This document shows positions 1 to 14,239 of a stretch of DNA of 60,000 bases, piece after piece; within the stretch, counting starts at the first letter, position 1, and every line of letters starts with the position of its first letter. The position numbers were made by a program, and so were the translations under genes. Origin of the DNA: Camelus dromedarius (lineage: Eukaryota). The notes beneath the pieces were generated by a model that saw nothing but the letters and a program-made list of their open reading frames with translations, made no database searches and was not told the origin of the DNA. The stretch is taken from the NCBI RefSeq assembly GCF_036321535.1, contig NC_087436.1, forward strand, positions 66,466,001 to 66,526,000. Direction: 5' to 3'.

Positions 1-449
1 AATTTCTTCATTCAATGTAATACTACCTGTATGACTTAAGTAAGTTTATGAATATTTACAAATGAATGGATATTGGACATTTTTCATTGAGGAATTCCAG
101 GAAATTCTAGCAGAACTGAATTTGGTATTTTGGAATACATTTACTACTTATATGTAAAATAAAAAAATATGTTTACATTTTAAAAAGTAAGTACTAAATT
201 TTTACTGTAGGTTTTTTTATTCAATCTTCTAGTTGATTGAGGGATAATGTGACTTCATCAGCTCGGATTTTTCTGTTCCAGAATAGGAACCCTGAAGTTA
301 GGTCTAGAGGTATTATTACTAGATTTTTTTATTCTCACTAATCCTTTTTCCTTTGTTTTGCATAACTTGTTGGAATAAATATTAATGTAACGCATTTTTC
401 CCCTAGATGGTCATTAATTTTGTCCATCATCAAAAAAAAAGTAGTGGTT

Positions 450-951
450 TAAGTCATTGACCAGCAAGGAAACCAAAAGTATACTAAGTAATTCAATGAA
501 AGGCATCCTGGAAAGGGATTTAAGTACTAATATGCCTGGAAATGCTAGAAGTGCAAACAGTGGATAGTGAGGCAAACCAGAAATTAGAAACACAGGGAGC
601 AGCAACCACCTTGAGGGGTGGAAGGACAAGGGGAGGAGACAAGGTGGCCTGAGCTCAGGATCTGTGGCTGCTCAGCAGAAGCACAGGGTATCTGCTGGGG
701 GGAGCAGGGAATGTAAGAAAGAGAAAGAGCCACTGCTCAAGATGGCTAACACAGAGGGAGGAATGGGCAGAAATGGTCTGCTTTCTTCCCAACCTCTGTG
801 CACTCTCATCTCTTGCCAGTGCTTCTCAGTGGCAAAAGCTTGGTCCATTGACAAGGAGGATGAGAAAACCTAGTTTGCAGGAGTCAGCACCCAGTGAGGC
901 AGGAGGAAGGAAGAGAAGTAGGTCTGAGAGCAAACAGAAGAATGCCTAGCA
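450..951 (-). mobile_element. Old ERVL-type LTR relic (LTR33-like)
   Basis: GC-richer block with motifs ctcttgccagtgcttctcagtggc and gagagcaaacagaagaatgcctagcaca, resembling the reverse strand of LTR33-group elements. Recognised by eye. Confidence 0.55.
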
Positions 952-990
952 CAGTAGCAAACTCTGAAACTCTTGATTATGTGGTAGATT

Positions 991-1146
991 TTTTTTAATT
1001 GAAGTATAGTTGATTTAGAATATTACATTAGTTTCAGGTGTACAAGCATAGTGATTCAGTATTTTTACAGATTATACTCCATTAAAAGTTATGATAAGAA
1101 AATAGCTATAATTCTCTGTACTGTACAATATATCCATGTTGTTCAT
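991..1146 (-). mobile_element. Short 5'-truncated L1 3' end (artiodactyl-type) with TSD
   Basis: Poly(T) followed by aattgaagtatagttgattt...tttcaggtgtaca...gtgattcag. Flanked by near-identical TGTGGYAGATT at 980-990 and 1147-1157. Confidence 0.85.
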
Positions 1147-3096
1147 TGTGGCAGATTAATTTAACAGCCAGCAGGAGGAATTTACATTTCCAGAAAATTA
1201 TCTAAACCAAAGTAGGCAATAATTATACCATTTGATTGAATTCTGATTTTGAAGCAAAAATATCTTACTACAGTGAAAAAAACAAGTGTATCAAAAAAGA
1301 GACTTAAAATAGGCTTTGCCATCAACTTGATCAGTGTTAATAAAACACATGGTGCAAACATGCACACTAACATACACATATGCACACACGCAGTCACACA
1401 GAAAAATAACTAAGAATATTAGTTATTCTAATTTTTCACTTATTTAGCAGCCCTTAAAATAATTCTAAACAGCTAATCCCATAGCTTTTGCCACACATAC
1501 CTACTTAGTTACAGAAACTAACCTTTCATAAGTGTAGACTTGAAAAATAAGTCAGAATGGCTTAATTCCAATCAATTAAGCATTATCATTTACTCCACAT
1601 AATCCATATGTCTATATAATTGTAATTGATTCTCTCGTTTTCCTCAAAATATTTTCAGATTATCATGTAGTCTACTTTCAGTGTAACTGTATTTCACCAG
1701 TACTAAAAGAACAAACAGCAACTGAACTAAGCATGTATATATGTATATACACACATATATATAAATGGAATTGGAAATTAAAACAAAATTGAATGCAGGT
1801 ATAAAATAGAAAAAAAATATATTAAGGCCATTGGTCTACACAGTATCATTTTCTCATAGATATTCCATACATATAAAATAATTATTAAATAAAATAATAA
1901 TTAATTTTCATGTTCTTATTATTTAAACAAAAGTTGGTATGAGGCAGATAACTTAATATTCCACATACAAATCTCTTCTCAGAATTACACATCATAAATA
2001 TTTTGCATCTCATATCTATTAATCAGTAAGTGTTATGTTACTTATTTGGTATTTTCCCAGACTTTCAGGAAGCTCTGAGCTATATTTGAGATTTATTTGT
2101 AGTAAATAGGTGTAGCTTATCTGTAGATACAATCCCAGCAGTCTCCTCTACATGGTATATCTTTAATCCTTGTTTTAATGTGCTTCGGTGTATATTTTAT
2201 TATAAGTATTTAAATCCCTTTTAGATAACAGGATAGAAAGAAAAAAGTATGTTTATAAAAGGCATATAAGCAATGTCTCTAAGACTTTGGGCATTTCATA
2301 GGAAGCACTCATAATATCAGTCCTTTAATAACTCCCTTTTCAGCACCTCTCACTTCATATTGTATGCTTCATCCATTGCTGTAATTATTTTATACCTCAG
2401 TACAATAACAATGATATTCTGTCCTTCTCTCTTAATATAAAATGAAGAAAGTAAATTTATACTAATTTTTTAAAATATATAAATTAAAATCATAAAGAAC
2501 AGAAGTACACTCATACTCAGATTAGTAACAATAACAATAATAATAGCACTTGTATAGTTGCTTTCTTAATACAAATTGCAGTGCTTCTCTTCTCTTCACA
2601 CTAAAGACTACAATGGCATAAATTAAGTAAAGGGGGTGTTTTAGAATCAAACTTGTCAAAAACAGTGACACGTTTTAATTTGTTGCCATTGTTGTCAAAT
2701 CAGATTTGAATCCTTGTCTAACAATATCTTCTCCAAGGTGTATAACCACAACCTAATCTGTAACCCACCTCCTCTTTCAAATACCTTTAAACTAAATTCT
2801 CTGAAATAGTTCTATAAGTTGACAAAGGTCATCACTTGAATTTACTTTGAGAGTAAATATAACTATTTGGATGAAGAAGAACCTGACATAATCTGTCCAA
2901 TCAAGCTAGCTATGATTCCAATAGCACAACAGGAGGCTATTGGAAATGCCCCCACCCCATCCCTGCGCAGAATAATTAAGCTGAGATTGGTTTGAATTCT
3001 TTTATAATTATCCCTCTCACCATGCAGTTGGGCTTGAGAAGTTAATTACAACCATTTTCATGCCTATAATGCAGAAATGATCTCTCCGTTACGTAC

Positions 3097-3221
3097 AGAT
3101 TTGACAAGTCTTTAGAAGGATGTTAGATGATGGTTCCTTGCTATATATATCCCTCCCCTTGACAGTAGCTGAATGTCTATGAGGCATTTTTTTGATGTTT
3201 TAGAAAGTGTTTCAATAATTT
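3097..3221 (-). pseudogene. Candidate decayed exon of an unidentified gene
   Basis: Strong acceptor (ttcatctgtttctcctcttgtccttatgtag) and donor gtacgt. The phase-2 reading NY*NTF*NIKKMPHRHSATVKGRDIYSKEPSSNILLKTCQI has two stops. Confidence 0.25.
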
Positions 3222-4539
3222 CTACATAAGGACAAGAGGAGAAACAGATGAAATTATTCAAAGAATAGAGATCACAATAAAGATGTTTACTATAAGGCTG
3301 GAAGTCTTTGCAAATCATAAGTGTTATTATTGAATGTATAGGAATTTACTGTTTTGAAATAGCTATATTTGGTTTATTTCAAAATGCAAAAAAAATTATT
3401 TTGACAACTTTTTCTCCCTGTAAAGTTGAACTAAAATTCACTGCAAGAAAATATAGTTTCACAAATGAACACAAATTCCCTAATATCCTCTGAAATTTCT
3501 ATTGCAAAAATATAGATGAAAATGATTGAACAGCACATATAATTATAAAGCTGTATTGTTTTCAGGACATAAAAATTATTTTGAAGTATTTTTCCTTAAA
3601 ATAACAAAAACATTATAATGTGCTAGCCTGACATGTCTGAGCAACGTTTTTAGATTTTGGCAATGATTTTTATTTGGCATACTATATTAATGCAAGAAGT
3701 TGTACAACTTATATAGATTAGAAATCAAGTAGAACAGATTACACTTAAAATATAGTTCACCAATTTATGTAGTTTTACAGACAATATTACTGCAATAAAA
3801 TGATCCATTTTTGAAGGTTCTCTTCCAAGCCTCTAGAACTTGTATTTCCATCATCATTACCTGAAGACTAAAGACTGAAAGTGTAATTAGTGTTTTCCCA
3901 GAGTCCTTATTTTGTTCAACTGTCTTCCTTTTGAACTGTGGAAAATCTACTTAATTTATAGCTTTGTAACTCTATCAAAATTCTCCTTAAGTATAAGTGA
4001 TGTTACCATTCTGCTAGAAGCGTGTTCCTAGAAGGAAAAACTCAACCAATCTAGAAGTGTCCAGGAAAGAAAATTTCACCATTTAAGGTTTTAACCATGG
4101 ATATTATGGTTACTTTGAAGTGCTCATGATATCAATTTAATTTTGTCATAAATGGGTATAAAGAAGTGGATAATCAACATTCAAAAGTTAACATTCAGAT
4201 ATTTTGAGGATTGTATTTAAGCCACATTTTAACCCCATTCTTTGTTCAAAATCAATTCAGTAATCATTTTTCTTAATAACTGAATGATATCTAAGAGTCA
4301 CAAAGACCTATCAAGTGAGCCAGATTTCCAACAAAATTGTGATGATCAGGTCTAAAATACCTGGGCAATGAACTGATTTATATGTACGTGTAATTTAAGA
4401 GCATTGGTAGGCTGAATCTGGAAAGCCAAAGATTTACAGGAAAGGGAATTGCTACATAGTAATAGAAACAGTCATGGTGGTGGTAACTCTGTGGTAATAG
4501 TAGTAGTTCAAAAGAGGAACATGAAAAACATATGCAGTC

Positions 4540-5180
4540 ACTGCTCCAAAGCATTTCAGAGAGAGCCGGGCATGTGTTACCAAGTCTCTCTGCCTTATGA
4601 GCATGAATTAGGTGTTAAAAGACCCAGTTCTGCCCCCAAAGGTTGATACTCCCCTCTCTGTTCTGCTTTCTGAGCTCCTTCTTGGTCCCACCCTCTGAGT
4701 CATTGCTGCCTTGAAGCAGTTTCTTACTTTGAGAGCATTTTTCCAGCTAGAAAAGTTGAAAGGAGAAATAGTTTTCCTTTCCAATCAAGCAAGTCCTTAA
4801 GTAGCAATATTTCCTCTAAATTTTCCTCTTCATTTCTTAAATTTTCCTTGAAACTGGACAGTTTCCTCTTCAATACATTTCTCTCCTCCAAAACTTTATC
4901 ATACACAGTTAAATGAGGCATTCGTCACTTTTTACCTTCTGCCTAGAAATCTTCATAGCCAAGTCTACAAGTTCATTAGTTGTATTTTTGAATTGCCCTC
5001 ATTACCATAGGCAATAGTGTTGCCAAATATCCTGCTACTTTATAATGTGTCACTTTTCCCCAGTGTTCAATATTTTTCTCACTGCCTTGTAAGCTTCCAA
5101 TAAGAGTGTCTTTGCTGTTCTCAGGACTTTTCTACCTTGCAGTCTAAAACAAATACCAAATATTTTAGGTTTGGTACAAC
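4540..5180 (-). mobile_element. MaLR (MLT1) internal region fragment
   Basis: Motifs ccttctgcctagaaatcttc, caagttcattagttgtattt and tgttgccaaatatcctgctactttataa are typical of reverse-strand MLT-int. Confidence 0.6.
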
Positions 5181-5588
5181 TTTTTTAAATGTAGCAATAG
5201 ATAGCTGAAACACTACTTTATCCTATGGCTTTCATTCACATGCTGTGTTCTTATGTACACAGCCTATAGCAAAAAAAGAAGTATACATAATTTTTTGTTG
5301 AAAGATTGCCTTTTGCCTTAAATTCTCCAACCAGTAATTTAATTTTAGCTAGAGACTCTTCAGCCTCTGGCTAGTACTGACTTCTGAATGCTTTCTATTA
5401 CTTTCAGAAGCAATCTTAATTTTCTTCTTCAAAATGTTCCCAAAACATGCATTACAGGTGAGGGTAAAAGAGATATGAGGGGAAAATTTTGGAACTATGA
5501 ACATTTTATCTATCAATTTCCATATGAATATTCCCATTCGATTTGACTATAGCTTGGATAATTGTTATTTGGAAATGTTTTGTTTAAC

Positions 5589-6065
5589 TGCTTATTCAAA
5601 TTAGGATTCTTTTTTTTTTTGAAGTATAGTCAGTTACAATGTGTGTTTCCAGTGTACATCATAATGTCCCAGTCATGCATATATATACATATATTCATTT
5701 TCATAGTCTTTTCCATTAAAGGTTATTACAAGATCCCTGTGCTATACAGGAGAAATATGGGGTCTTTTAACATATTTTTATATATATTGGTTAACATTTG
5801 CAGATCTCAAACTCCCAAATTTATCCCTTCTCACCCCCAGTAACCATGAGACTATTTACTACGTCTGTGAGTCTGTTTCTGTTTTGTAGATGAGTTCATT
5901 AGTGTCCTCTTTTTCCTTTTTTTTTAGATTCCACATATGAGTGATATTGTATGGTATTTTTCATTCTCTTTCTGGCTTACTTCACTTAGAATGATGACCT
6001 CCAGGTCCATCCATGTTGCTGTAAATGGCATTATTTTATTCTTTTTTATCGCTGAGTAGTATTTT
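5589..6065 (-). mobile_element. 5'-truncated L1 3' UTR and ORF2 tail
   Basis: Poly(T), gaagtatagtcagttacaat, then agattccacatatgagtga...ttacttcacttagaatga...catccatgttgctg. Related to the 3' end of the full-length L1 at 25016. Confidence 0.9.
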
Positions 6066-6929
6066 ATATGTTGAGCCTGTTCTACATTAAAGTACTAGAT
6101 GAGACATAAGATTTTGACCATTACTCAAGAGTTTTCCCCATTAACACATAAAACTCTAAGGATCCATGTCTAAATACAGATTTCCACTTTCCCTCAATTC
6201 CTGAAACTATTCTGTGATCCAATTAATCCATGAAATATTTTATCCTAGCCTAATAACACCATCATGCATTAATTTCTTCCTTGTGATTAGCTATCACAAC
6301 TGATAATTTCAAACATAATCCTTTCAATCCTCTGATCCTCCTCTTCTCTTTCCATATTTGCAATGGGATTTGAAGAAACTCAAAAATTATAACACTATAA
6401 GTTATTTGTTTTTAGGACTTCTGAAATATTTAATACATTACAGTAAGTGAGGTATGTCTTAATGTTTTCTCTTCCCTTACAGTCTTCCGATTTTTCCTCA
6501 ACTTTTAATTTTAAACTGAATAGGTTTTAATCCAAACTTAATTTGAGACCCACACCAGTATTTCCAGTGGTTAGCTAAAGACCTGTATTTTTAATGCTAT
6601 GTTAAGTTCCATATGTAAAAAGGGGAATGAAAATCTTTCCTCAGTGATAGGTAGCTTTCATATTACAGCATCTGCAAAGTAGCGCTATTATTACAATCAT
6701 TCATTTTTACACTTGGAATCCTCTTTGAACTTAAAATTTAACTTCTTCTAATATTGACTTCGCAACAATTTTAAGACTTGCCAAGCCCTTGAAATAGCAT
6801 TTCTTAGTTTTCATTCAGTGATAAATAATTATTACAATGACCATTATCATTATTATTAAATCAACAAAAGCTCATGATAAAAAAAAATAGCATAGAAAAA
6901 CATAATACCCATAAAGATATAAATCTCAA

Positions 6930-8180
6930 TTCCTTCAACCTGCTCTGCAGTCATAATTGTTGATGACGCTTGCTGGTATATCCTTTCATAATATTTCTAT
7001 ATATATATATATATATGAATATATACTTATATTTTTATATTTCTAAAAGTAGGAGAGTACTATAATAACATTCTGCAACTTGCTCTTTTCACTTAACTTA
7101 TGTTTTTCATAATTTATTTTCAGTGCATTTCCAAAAATTGTTATGACATAATTTAGCCACTAATTGATGAATATCTCAAATATGAATATTTGAAGTGTTT
7201 ATTATAAACTGTGATCAACCAAGATCACCGTAAAGACATTTCTGCGAACATATGTAATTTCCTATATTAAAAGCCTAGAAGGAAAATTGCTGGTACGTAT
7301 ATATATATATTTAAAAGTAATCTAATAGGGTAAGAAAAATGGAGCCTTGGTTTAATTTGCATCTTTATATAGGAAGTTGAGAATCTTTCTTAATGGTTGT
7401 TATCCATGATTATTTCTTTTGCCGTGAACCATATGTTCATGTCTTCAGTTCGTATTTTTCAATTATACTTTAGGCTGTTTCTTATTGATTTAAAAACTTC
7501 ACTTAATAGGAAATTAGCCCTTAATTATAAGAGCTTTTTGCTATATGTAATAAGAATATTGTATTATTTTAACTTTATTTATGGTCTTTTATAAAACTAT
7601 TTCCCCCTCCATAACTTCTTCATTTAATGATAATTATAAAGCACCTCTTTATTACTTTCTTTGGCTTTTGCTCAGAGCTATCGTGGTTATTTTTAATGTT
7701 TAAATAAATCTTGATTAAATCTAAATATGTTTTAATATCAGGAGTAAGGTAAAAAATACATTTTTTGACAAAATTAATAGATATACCAACACCATTTATT
7801 GATTAACCTATTACTGCACTAATTTAAAAAACTTCCTTATGAACTAAGTTTCTCTATGGACATATTCTATATTTTTCGATCACCCTATCTAAATTTACTG
7901 TATACTGCATTAGTTATTATTGCTTAGATAATTTTAATATTTCCCATATTTTTCTATGTTTTTGAAATTTTCTGTTTATATGGTTAAGTTTAAGTTTTAA
8001 AGTGAAAATTCGTAAGTTTTTAAAATGTCCTCTCATACCATTGCTCCCTCCCAAAACTACTGGTATTTTGATTCCAGTTGCATTAAATCCATAGATTAAA
8101 TTGAATTATAGCTCAGATAACATATTTAAATTATGAGGACTTCCTTTCCAGAACAACATATGGCTTTCTACATATTTGAA
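6930..8180 (-). mobile_element. Ancient L1 (L1M/L1ME-like) fragments
   Basis: Degenerate L1 3' and ORF2 reverse-strand motifs (ttctgcaacttgctcttttcactta, ggttttaatttgcatc, caacaccatttattga, gttgcattaaatccatagatt). Confidence 0.6.
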
Positions 8181-9384
8181 TCATTCTTTCATGAAATAAA
8201 ATATCTATATATCTGTCTCCTCTTATTCTGTAGGAAAACTGAGTATTTTCCCACAGTGACTTTCTTTGACTCTCTTAAATGCATATATTCTTTCTTCTTC
8301 CTTTTCATCCTTTAAACACATACAGAATTGTATACATTTTTATATTTTGCCATATTAGTTATTAATTTGAGTTATTCATGAGCGTGTTTTATATTGAATC
8401 TCATTCTCATATTCCTTAAGTGAAATATTTGCACTAGAGCTGTGTCTAGTGTATTTTTGTAGCCACTATAGCATATTTACTCAAAGTAGGGTTCTTCAAT
8501 ATTAAATGCTGAATGAATTGAGATAATTATACTTTAAAAACTCAGATAGGGTTATGGCAATATCTAACTCATTACCTTGTGTCTGCATTCTTTAACTTTC
8601 CACAAATGAACTACTCCTTTTCAAAGGGAAAGGCTGATGCCCACACAGTTAACAGAATAATTCTGGTTCCTCAAGCATCTTCTGTATGGCAACCTTGTCT
8701 TTTCCCTGTTTCTTGCCTCCCTCCCTTTTCTTCATGTTAGTCTGACCGAATATATAATTCCTGTGCAGAACACAGACAATTGGTCTCTATCCTCATCCCT
8801 GTTCTGAGCCAACATTTACTTACTTTTTCTATACTCACTTTGTAATCCAAAATAATACTTTCCAATGTCATTTTCCCATCTGCATCACTACTTCTCTGTA
8901 AAGTTAGAACCAACACAAAGTCCCTGAATTTTCTAACCTTTTCTTCATTTGTTTAAGCTTGGTTCTATACGAATCAATACTTATTGATTCTTATAATGCT
9001 TTGTTAGTTAAAATAGTTCGATTAAGCTATAATACATCATAATATTTCAGTGTATAGTGTACTCGTTGATGTCCTGAGATTAATATCAACATCATTTGTT
9101 TTCAGTGTTTTTTTCTTTTTAATAATAATAAAGCATATATGTTCAAATTTCATTCCAAATTAAAATCTTAAAAGTATCCCAATAATTTTAGGGTGAAATT
9201 ATTTTTTTCTTTCTACGTATTTGATCATTTCAGTTTTTTATCTTCTTTATTTTCAAAGTTATAAAATATTTCTTAATTTCACTTGCTAGCTTGGACTTCT
9301 AATCATCATCCATTCTGGATTCCCTTTTGTTTTGCCCTGCCTGATATTGGCTAAAAAAACAAATATTCTGGACCTTTGTACCAA

Positions 9385-9500
9385 GGTCAACTACACGGGC
9401 ATGCAACTTCTGCTCAGAAAGACCTCATGTTTGATCTAATGTTCAACTGGTACTGTCTTGAAAATCTAAATTTTTAGCAAGAGACCCTGATTTTTTATTT
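9385..9500 (+). mobile_element. MER91-like non-autonomous hAT DNA transposon fragment
   Basis: cacgggcatgcaac...gctcagaaagacc...tttgatctaatg...gtcttgaaaatct resembles the MER91A consensus as I recall it. Confidence 0.55.
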
Positions 9501-10019
9501 GAAAGGCTTAATACCACAGTTTTCATTAGATCTATACCTATCTGGTTGAATTCCTCTAGTTATTCTCTAAACTAAGTGATTCTTATTCTATCTTATTACA
9601 ATTACTTATTCCACCTGTGAAAGAGGGTATTATGTCAGAACCCTATTCTTTCTCATTGCACTGTCTCCCTGCAAGCAAATGTCTATGCATCTCATCATCC
9701 CAATGTAAAATACTAATTGACAGTTAACTGGCATAGGATATCAAACAAGCATTCTATAGTCCTTTTTCTTCCTTGGTGGTTGTTAAAACTCACAAATATT
9801 CAAACACATTTTAGTTGCTCTATAGTTACACTTATATTAGCTACATTGTTTTTAAAAATCTTATAATTTCTCTATGCCAATAAGTGTTATTGAGTCTCTG
9901 ATGTAACCTAATTAACCTACCATTTGATCCTTAAGATTTGCTGTCAATCTACATATAGTTATAAGTTCTTGGACACAATGTAATATTTGATTATACCAAC
10001 TTACTATATATTAATTTAC

Positions 10020-10219
10020 CTAATTAATCATTTTGGTTTAAAAGTCATTTTATTAGAAACTCTGGTTGCTCCCTTAGAACCATCTAAATTAATGTAATGC
10101 TGAAATATATCATGAATGCAAATTAAGTATGAAGATAAATGACTGCATAGCCCTTCAAATTTATTTGTTCTTTCTGAGAAATATTTGCTTTTTCTCACAA
10201 ATTTATGTAACAAAGTAAC
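10020..10219 (-). pseudogene. Candidate decayed 200-bp exon of an unidentified gene
   Basis: Acceptor attatttttag and donor AG|gtaaat. Reads VTLLHKFVRKSKYFSERTNKFEGLCSHLSSYLICIHDIFQHYINLDGSKGATRVSNKMTFKPK*LI with a single TGA near the end. Confidence 0.4.
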
Positions 10220-11539
10220 CTAAAAATAATTAGAAATATACTCTGAGTGTCCGCTATCTAGGGTATCAGCAAACCCTTAAAATAAGAAAAGAAATATGTT
10301 GCAATGAGATCTCAAAATTGTAAGTTACATAGTAACTAATCTTTGAATTACTTGGTAATATCAAGTATAATTATCAAGTAATTTGTAGGAACATATAATT
10401 CCCTTGTAATTATAGAGCTACTACAGATGCCCTACAAAATAGGATGCTAGTACAGCCTTACTAATCTAGAATCATTGCCTTCTTTTAACATTCACTGACT
10501 GCGGTACTCATGAATGAAACATCTGACTTCTAAGTGAAAAGCTCCAGATGCATTATGTACAATAGCCATTCTTTCAATTAAAAGTATGATTTATTCTCGT
10601 CATATGTAAAAAGAGAGCCCTCCCACCATTGACTATAAAAACATTCTAAATTGCTATTCTCTGTGTGTAATTATTATATGAAAAATGCCATAAATATACA
10701 AAAATGGCTTACAATCTTATATTTAGTTACCTTTCTCAAACAAACTCTGCTTTGTGTATGCTCAGAATTCTCTTTGTTATCAAAGACTATTTGGAACTGA
10801 GTGATCCAGTATATTTTGGCAGAAATCTGAAAATGAATATATTTTCAGTAAGTGCTTTCAATAAGAATGACAATACTGTAAAATGAAGTAGAACTGTAAA
10901 TTATAGCATTTGGGGAGAAAAAGTAGACATAAGTTTTCTATTTGTAGGATTTGTTTTTGTGTGTATGCTATCTTTGCACTAAAGCCAAAGCCTATCATAG
11001 TCCCTGGCATTATGTGGAGGACCCATCTCTAACCCCTTCACTTCATGTGGCCTTATGTCTCATTCTTCATTTCCATGTCTGGGCAATAAAACTAAATAAT
11101 AATGATTACTGAGACTGGAAGCCACCAGAACCACCCCGAATGACTGTGATATCAGCTCATGTTCTCGTTGCTCTGATTCTCAGCTTTCTCTCCTTTGGCC
11201 AATAGGAATTGTACTTATTTTTCTATGAGCTCAGCTATGTATTTCAAAGGTGATTCAGGTCACTGACTCAGCCACAATGCGGAAATAGAAGCCTGTATTA
11301 TTTACCCTCTACATTTTAACAGAATGTAAAAACAAGTACATGGGTTATGGTTAAAGAAAATACTCCTCTAACCCAACTGGTTCCCTGATCAATGATCACA
11401 AATCAACCAGACTCTTTTTAAACTTTGCTCAGCTATTTATTATTTGACACTAATATAGGGCATCTGATAAAATGTATTTCTTACCAAAAGTCAAATTTTC
11501 TTTCAGAACCCCGTTAAAGGTTTTTTCATCATTAATACA

Positions 11540-11800
11540 TATTTTTTGAAATATAATTGTGTTAATTTAAGGATACACATATATTTTAATATGCTTGTCA
11601 GTGAGGGATAATTAGTACCTCTATCACTTAATATAATTTTCATGTCTTTTTTTATAGTGGGATCTAGTCTCTTAACAAGTTTGATGATTATGATGCAATA
11701 TTGTTGTCTATATTCACTATACTTCCACTATACTATGTATTAGATCTCCAGGAGTTTTGTATCTACTAGTTGTAAACTTGTGTCCTTAAGCACCATTTCT
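11540..11800 (-). mobile_element. Old L1 3' end fragment (L1MA-like)
   Basis: caatattgttgtctatattcactata...tattagatctccagga...gtaaacttgtgtcctt is an L1 3' UTR motif. Confidence 0.65.
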
Positions 11801-12169
11801 GCTAGAGTTTTGAAGAACTGGTTCTAAAAATAAACAAAGAAAAGCTATTATTCACCTTGAAGAGTTCAAGAACAATTAGTGAATGCTTCTTTCAGTAGTC
11901 TTTAATTAAATTGTAGTGTCCAAAATAGTTGATTCGTAGTCCACATTCATTAAGCAATATCTAGTTCTCTAAGTTATTTCATACCAGTTTTTCAATTAAC
12001 TCCATGTCTAATTTTACTTACTATTGCCATTATTTTAAAATTTCAGTTTATGTGATCTAAGATCAGTGAAGTAAACTACAAGATGACATTTTTTACAGTG
12101 AAAAATAACCATAAACATGGAATTTATAAAACAGATACAACAGTAACAAAGATATGTTATTTGTCCCTG

Positions 12170-12290
12170 TTGTTCCACAAGATTAAAGAAAATGAGGACC
12201 AATGAATTGTTGAGTAACCCAGGTTAGCAGCAGTGCTAGATAGTGGATGTGGCCTTCTAACTCCCATTTATTTTTCTTTCAGCCATGTCA
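12170..12290 (-). mobile_element. MIR SINE fragment
   Basis: Degenerate core gaaaatgaggaccaatga...gagtaacccaggtta. Confidence 0.45.
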
Positions 12291-12909
12291 AGCTTATTCT
12301 AATACTCAGCTTTATTTAAATTTAGCTTTTATTTATTTTATTTAAAGTTAATGTCTAGATTATTTATAGCCATTAATAAGAGAAGACTTAGAAGTAGAGG
12401 GACATAAACACCATGGGGTGATATTTTAGCAACCCCAAATAAATTATTGTCCTGACTATGTTCTATCCTTTTTAATTTTGCCAAATATTTAGAATTCATT
12501 AGGATTAATTTTACGTAAGAAAGTGTCAGAATATATGTATATTTCACCTTTAGGAAGATTAAGGCTATACACATCCAATATACAAAATTGAATCATATAG
12601 TATTCAAATTAATTATTTTTAGGAAAAATTACATTAACGATATAAGAATAATGGAAAGGACAAGAAGCTGAATCTCCTGAAATGCAGAATCTTGAGAGTT
12701 TGGCTCTCATTACATTAGACTAGGGTTTCCTTTCAGTTGCACTAACATGTAAAATGGTAAATTATATTTAATGTAATTTATAGTATATGCAAATAATAGT
12801 TATATATATATATAAAACTATACACAGTTTATTTATATTTTATTTAATTTTACCAGGGTTCATTTTCATATAAAGTTGATATAACATTAATTGTCACAGT
12901 TTTCAAATC

Positions 12910-13130
12910 GTCAGCTTAATGAAGTAGAGGGTGTGCTATATTGAAAATTAAGACGCCTGGATTCTAGTTCTAGTTCTGAAATCAAGTATGCCTATGAATT
13001 TTGAGAAGATATTTAACCTAGTCTTTCTCTCTGTTCTGCACAACAACTCTCATGCCAACCCCAAACCGTATGAAAAATGCTAAAATTGGACTAAGTGACC
13101 TATAAGGTCCCAAGTCTAATGTGCTATGAT
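12910..13130 (+). mobile_element. MIR/MIR3 SINE fragment
   Basis: aagacgcctggattctagttctagttctg...ggactaagtgacctataaggtccc...ctatgatt. Confidence 0.55.
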
Positions 13131-14239
13131 TTTAATGCATGTGCATGCAATGCATTTCCACACAGCTAAGACACATTGGTATTCAGTGTGTTACAAGATT
13201 CCCAATTCTTATTTATAAGACATAGATTCGGGATAATGTACTGTGGCAGGAAATACATAATAAATACATGAATGAAAAATGCAGAGTCCTTGATCCTTAA
13301 CCCTTGCCAACATCTCTCATTAACTGAAGACTAATTTTTAAGTAAGCAACAAATACAGTATCTGGTTCATTCAATTTAACATTTAAATGAAGAGGCTCCT
13401 ACTGAGAACTTAAAATATAACAATTTATTATCTAAAACAGTATTATTTCTACAACCTTCAAATCTTGCCCTTTTTAAAAATCCTAATATGTTCATTTAGG
13501 GGAAATTCTGGACCATATTTGTGCCCTGCTTCAACCCAGACCTTTACTATCTGTTCGCACTCATCATACAAAATATAAACAGAACAAAAAAGAATACTTT
13601 TTAGTGAAACATAAATGTCTTACCAAATTGGAGTTAGAAAGAAAATAAAACAAATTTTTGTAAACCATATAGTTTGAGTAGTTAAGAAACATGCACTTTT
13701 ATTTGATTTAAAGTGTAACTGATTAAAAAAACACTGACAAATGCCTTAATACTGGCAATTTACAGAGGATGCAGTTGACTTGCCCAAGTCAGGCAGACTA
13801 TGAAATTTAAATTCTTAGCTCATGAATTATGGCTTCACCCTTTATTTCTCCCTCTATTTCATCCATTCAAATATAATCTATAAGGGAAAGCAACATCATT
13901 TCATAAAGAAAATTTTCATTGTATATTCCAAGATGATACAACTCTCAGGTATCCTGGGTTAAATATGAGCTCTGCTTAATATGTTAGTATGTTTGTTAGA
14001 GAACAGAGAGTGACAATTTACTTTGATTTCCCCACCAAAATATTCATCCAGAAAAAAAATCAATTGAGGCAGTTCCCCTGAAAGTAACCTAAGAAAATAA
14101 CTTTCCCCCAGTAAATTTTCTTTCATTTTATTGTTGAATTTTAAGAATTTTGTATGTGCTAAATGAAATTCCTGTTAGATAAGTACTTTGTGGATTTCTT
14201 TCATATTCTTTGGTTTGTTTACTAATTTTCTCACTATCT

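Noticed and set aside
6416..6482. Plus-strand acceptor/donor pair and a second acceptor
   Set aside because: The implied intron is only about 40 bp, and no partner exons were found.
8575..8970. Minus-strand donors at about 8575 and 8838 with an EF-hand-like DADGKMTLES peptide
   Set aside because: Acceptor and frame are ambiguous, and the phase could not be fitted without extra assumptions.
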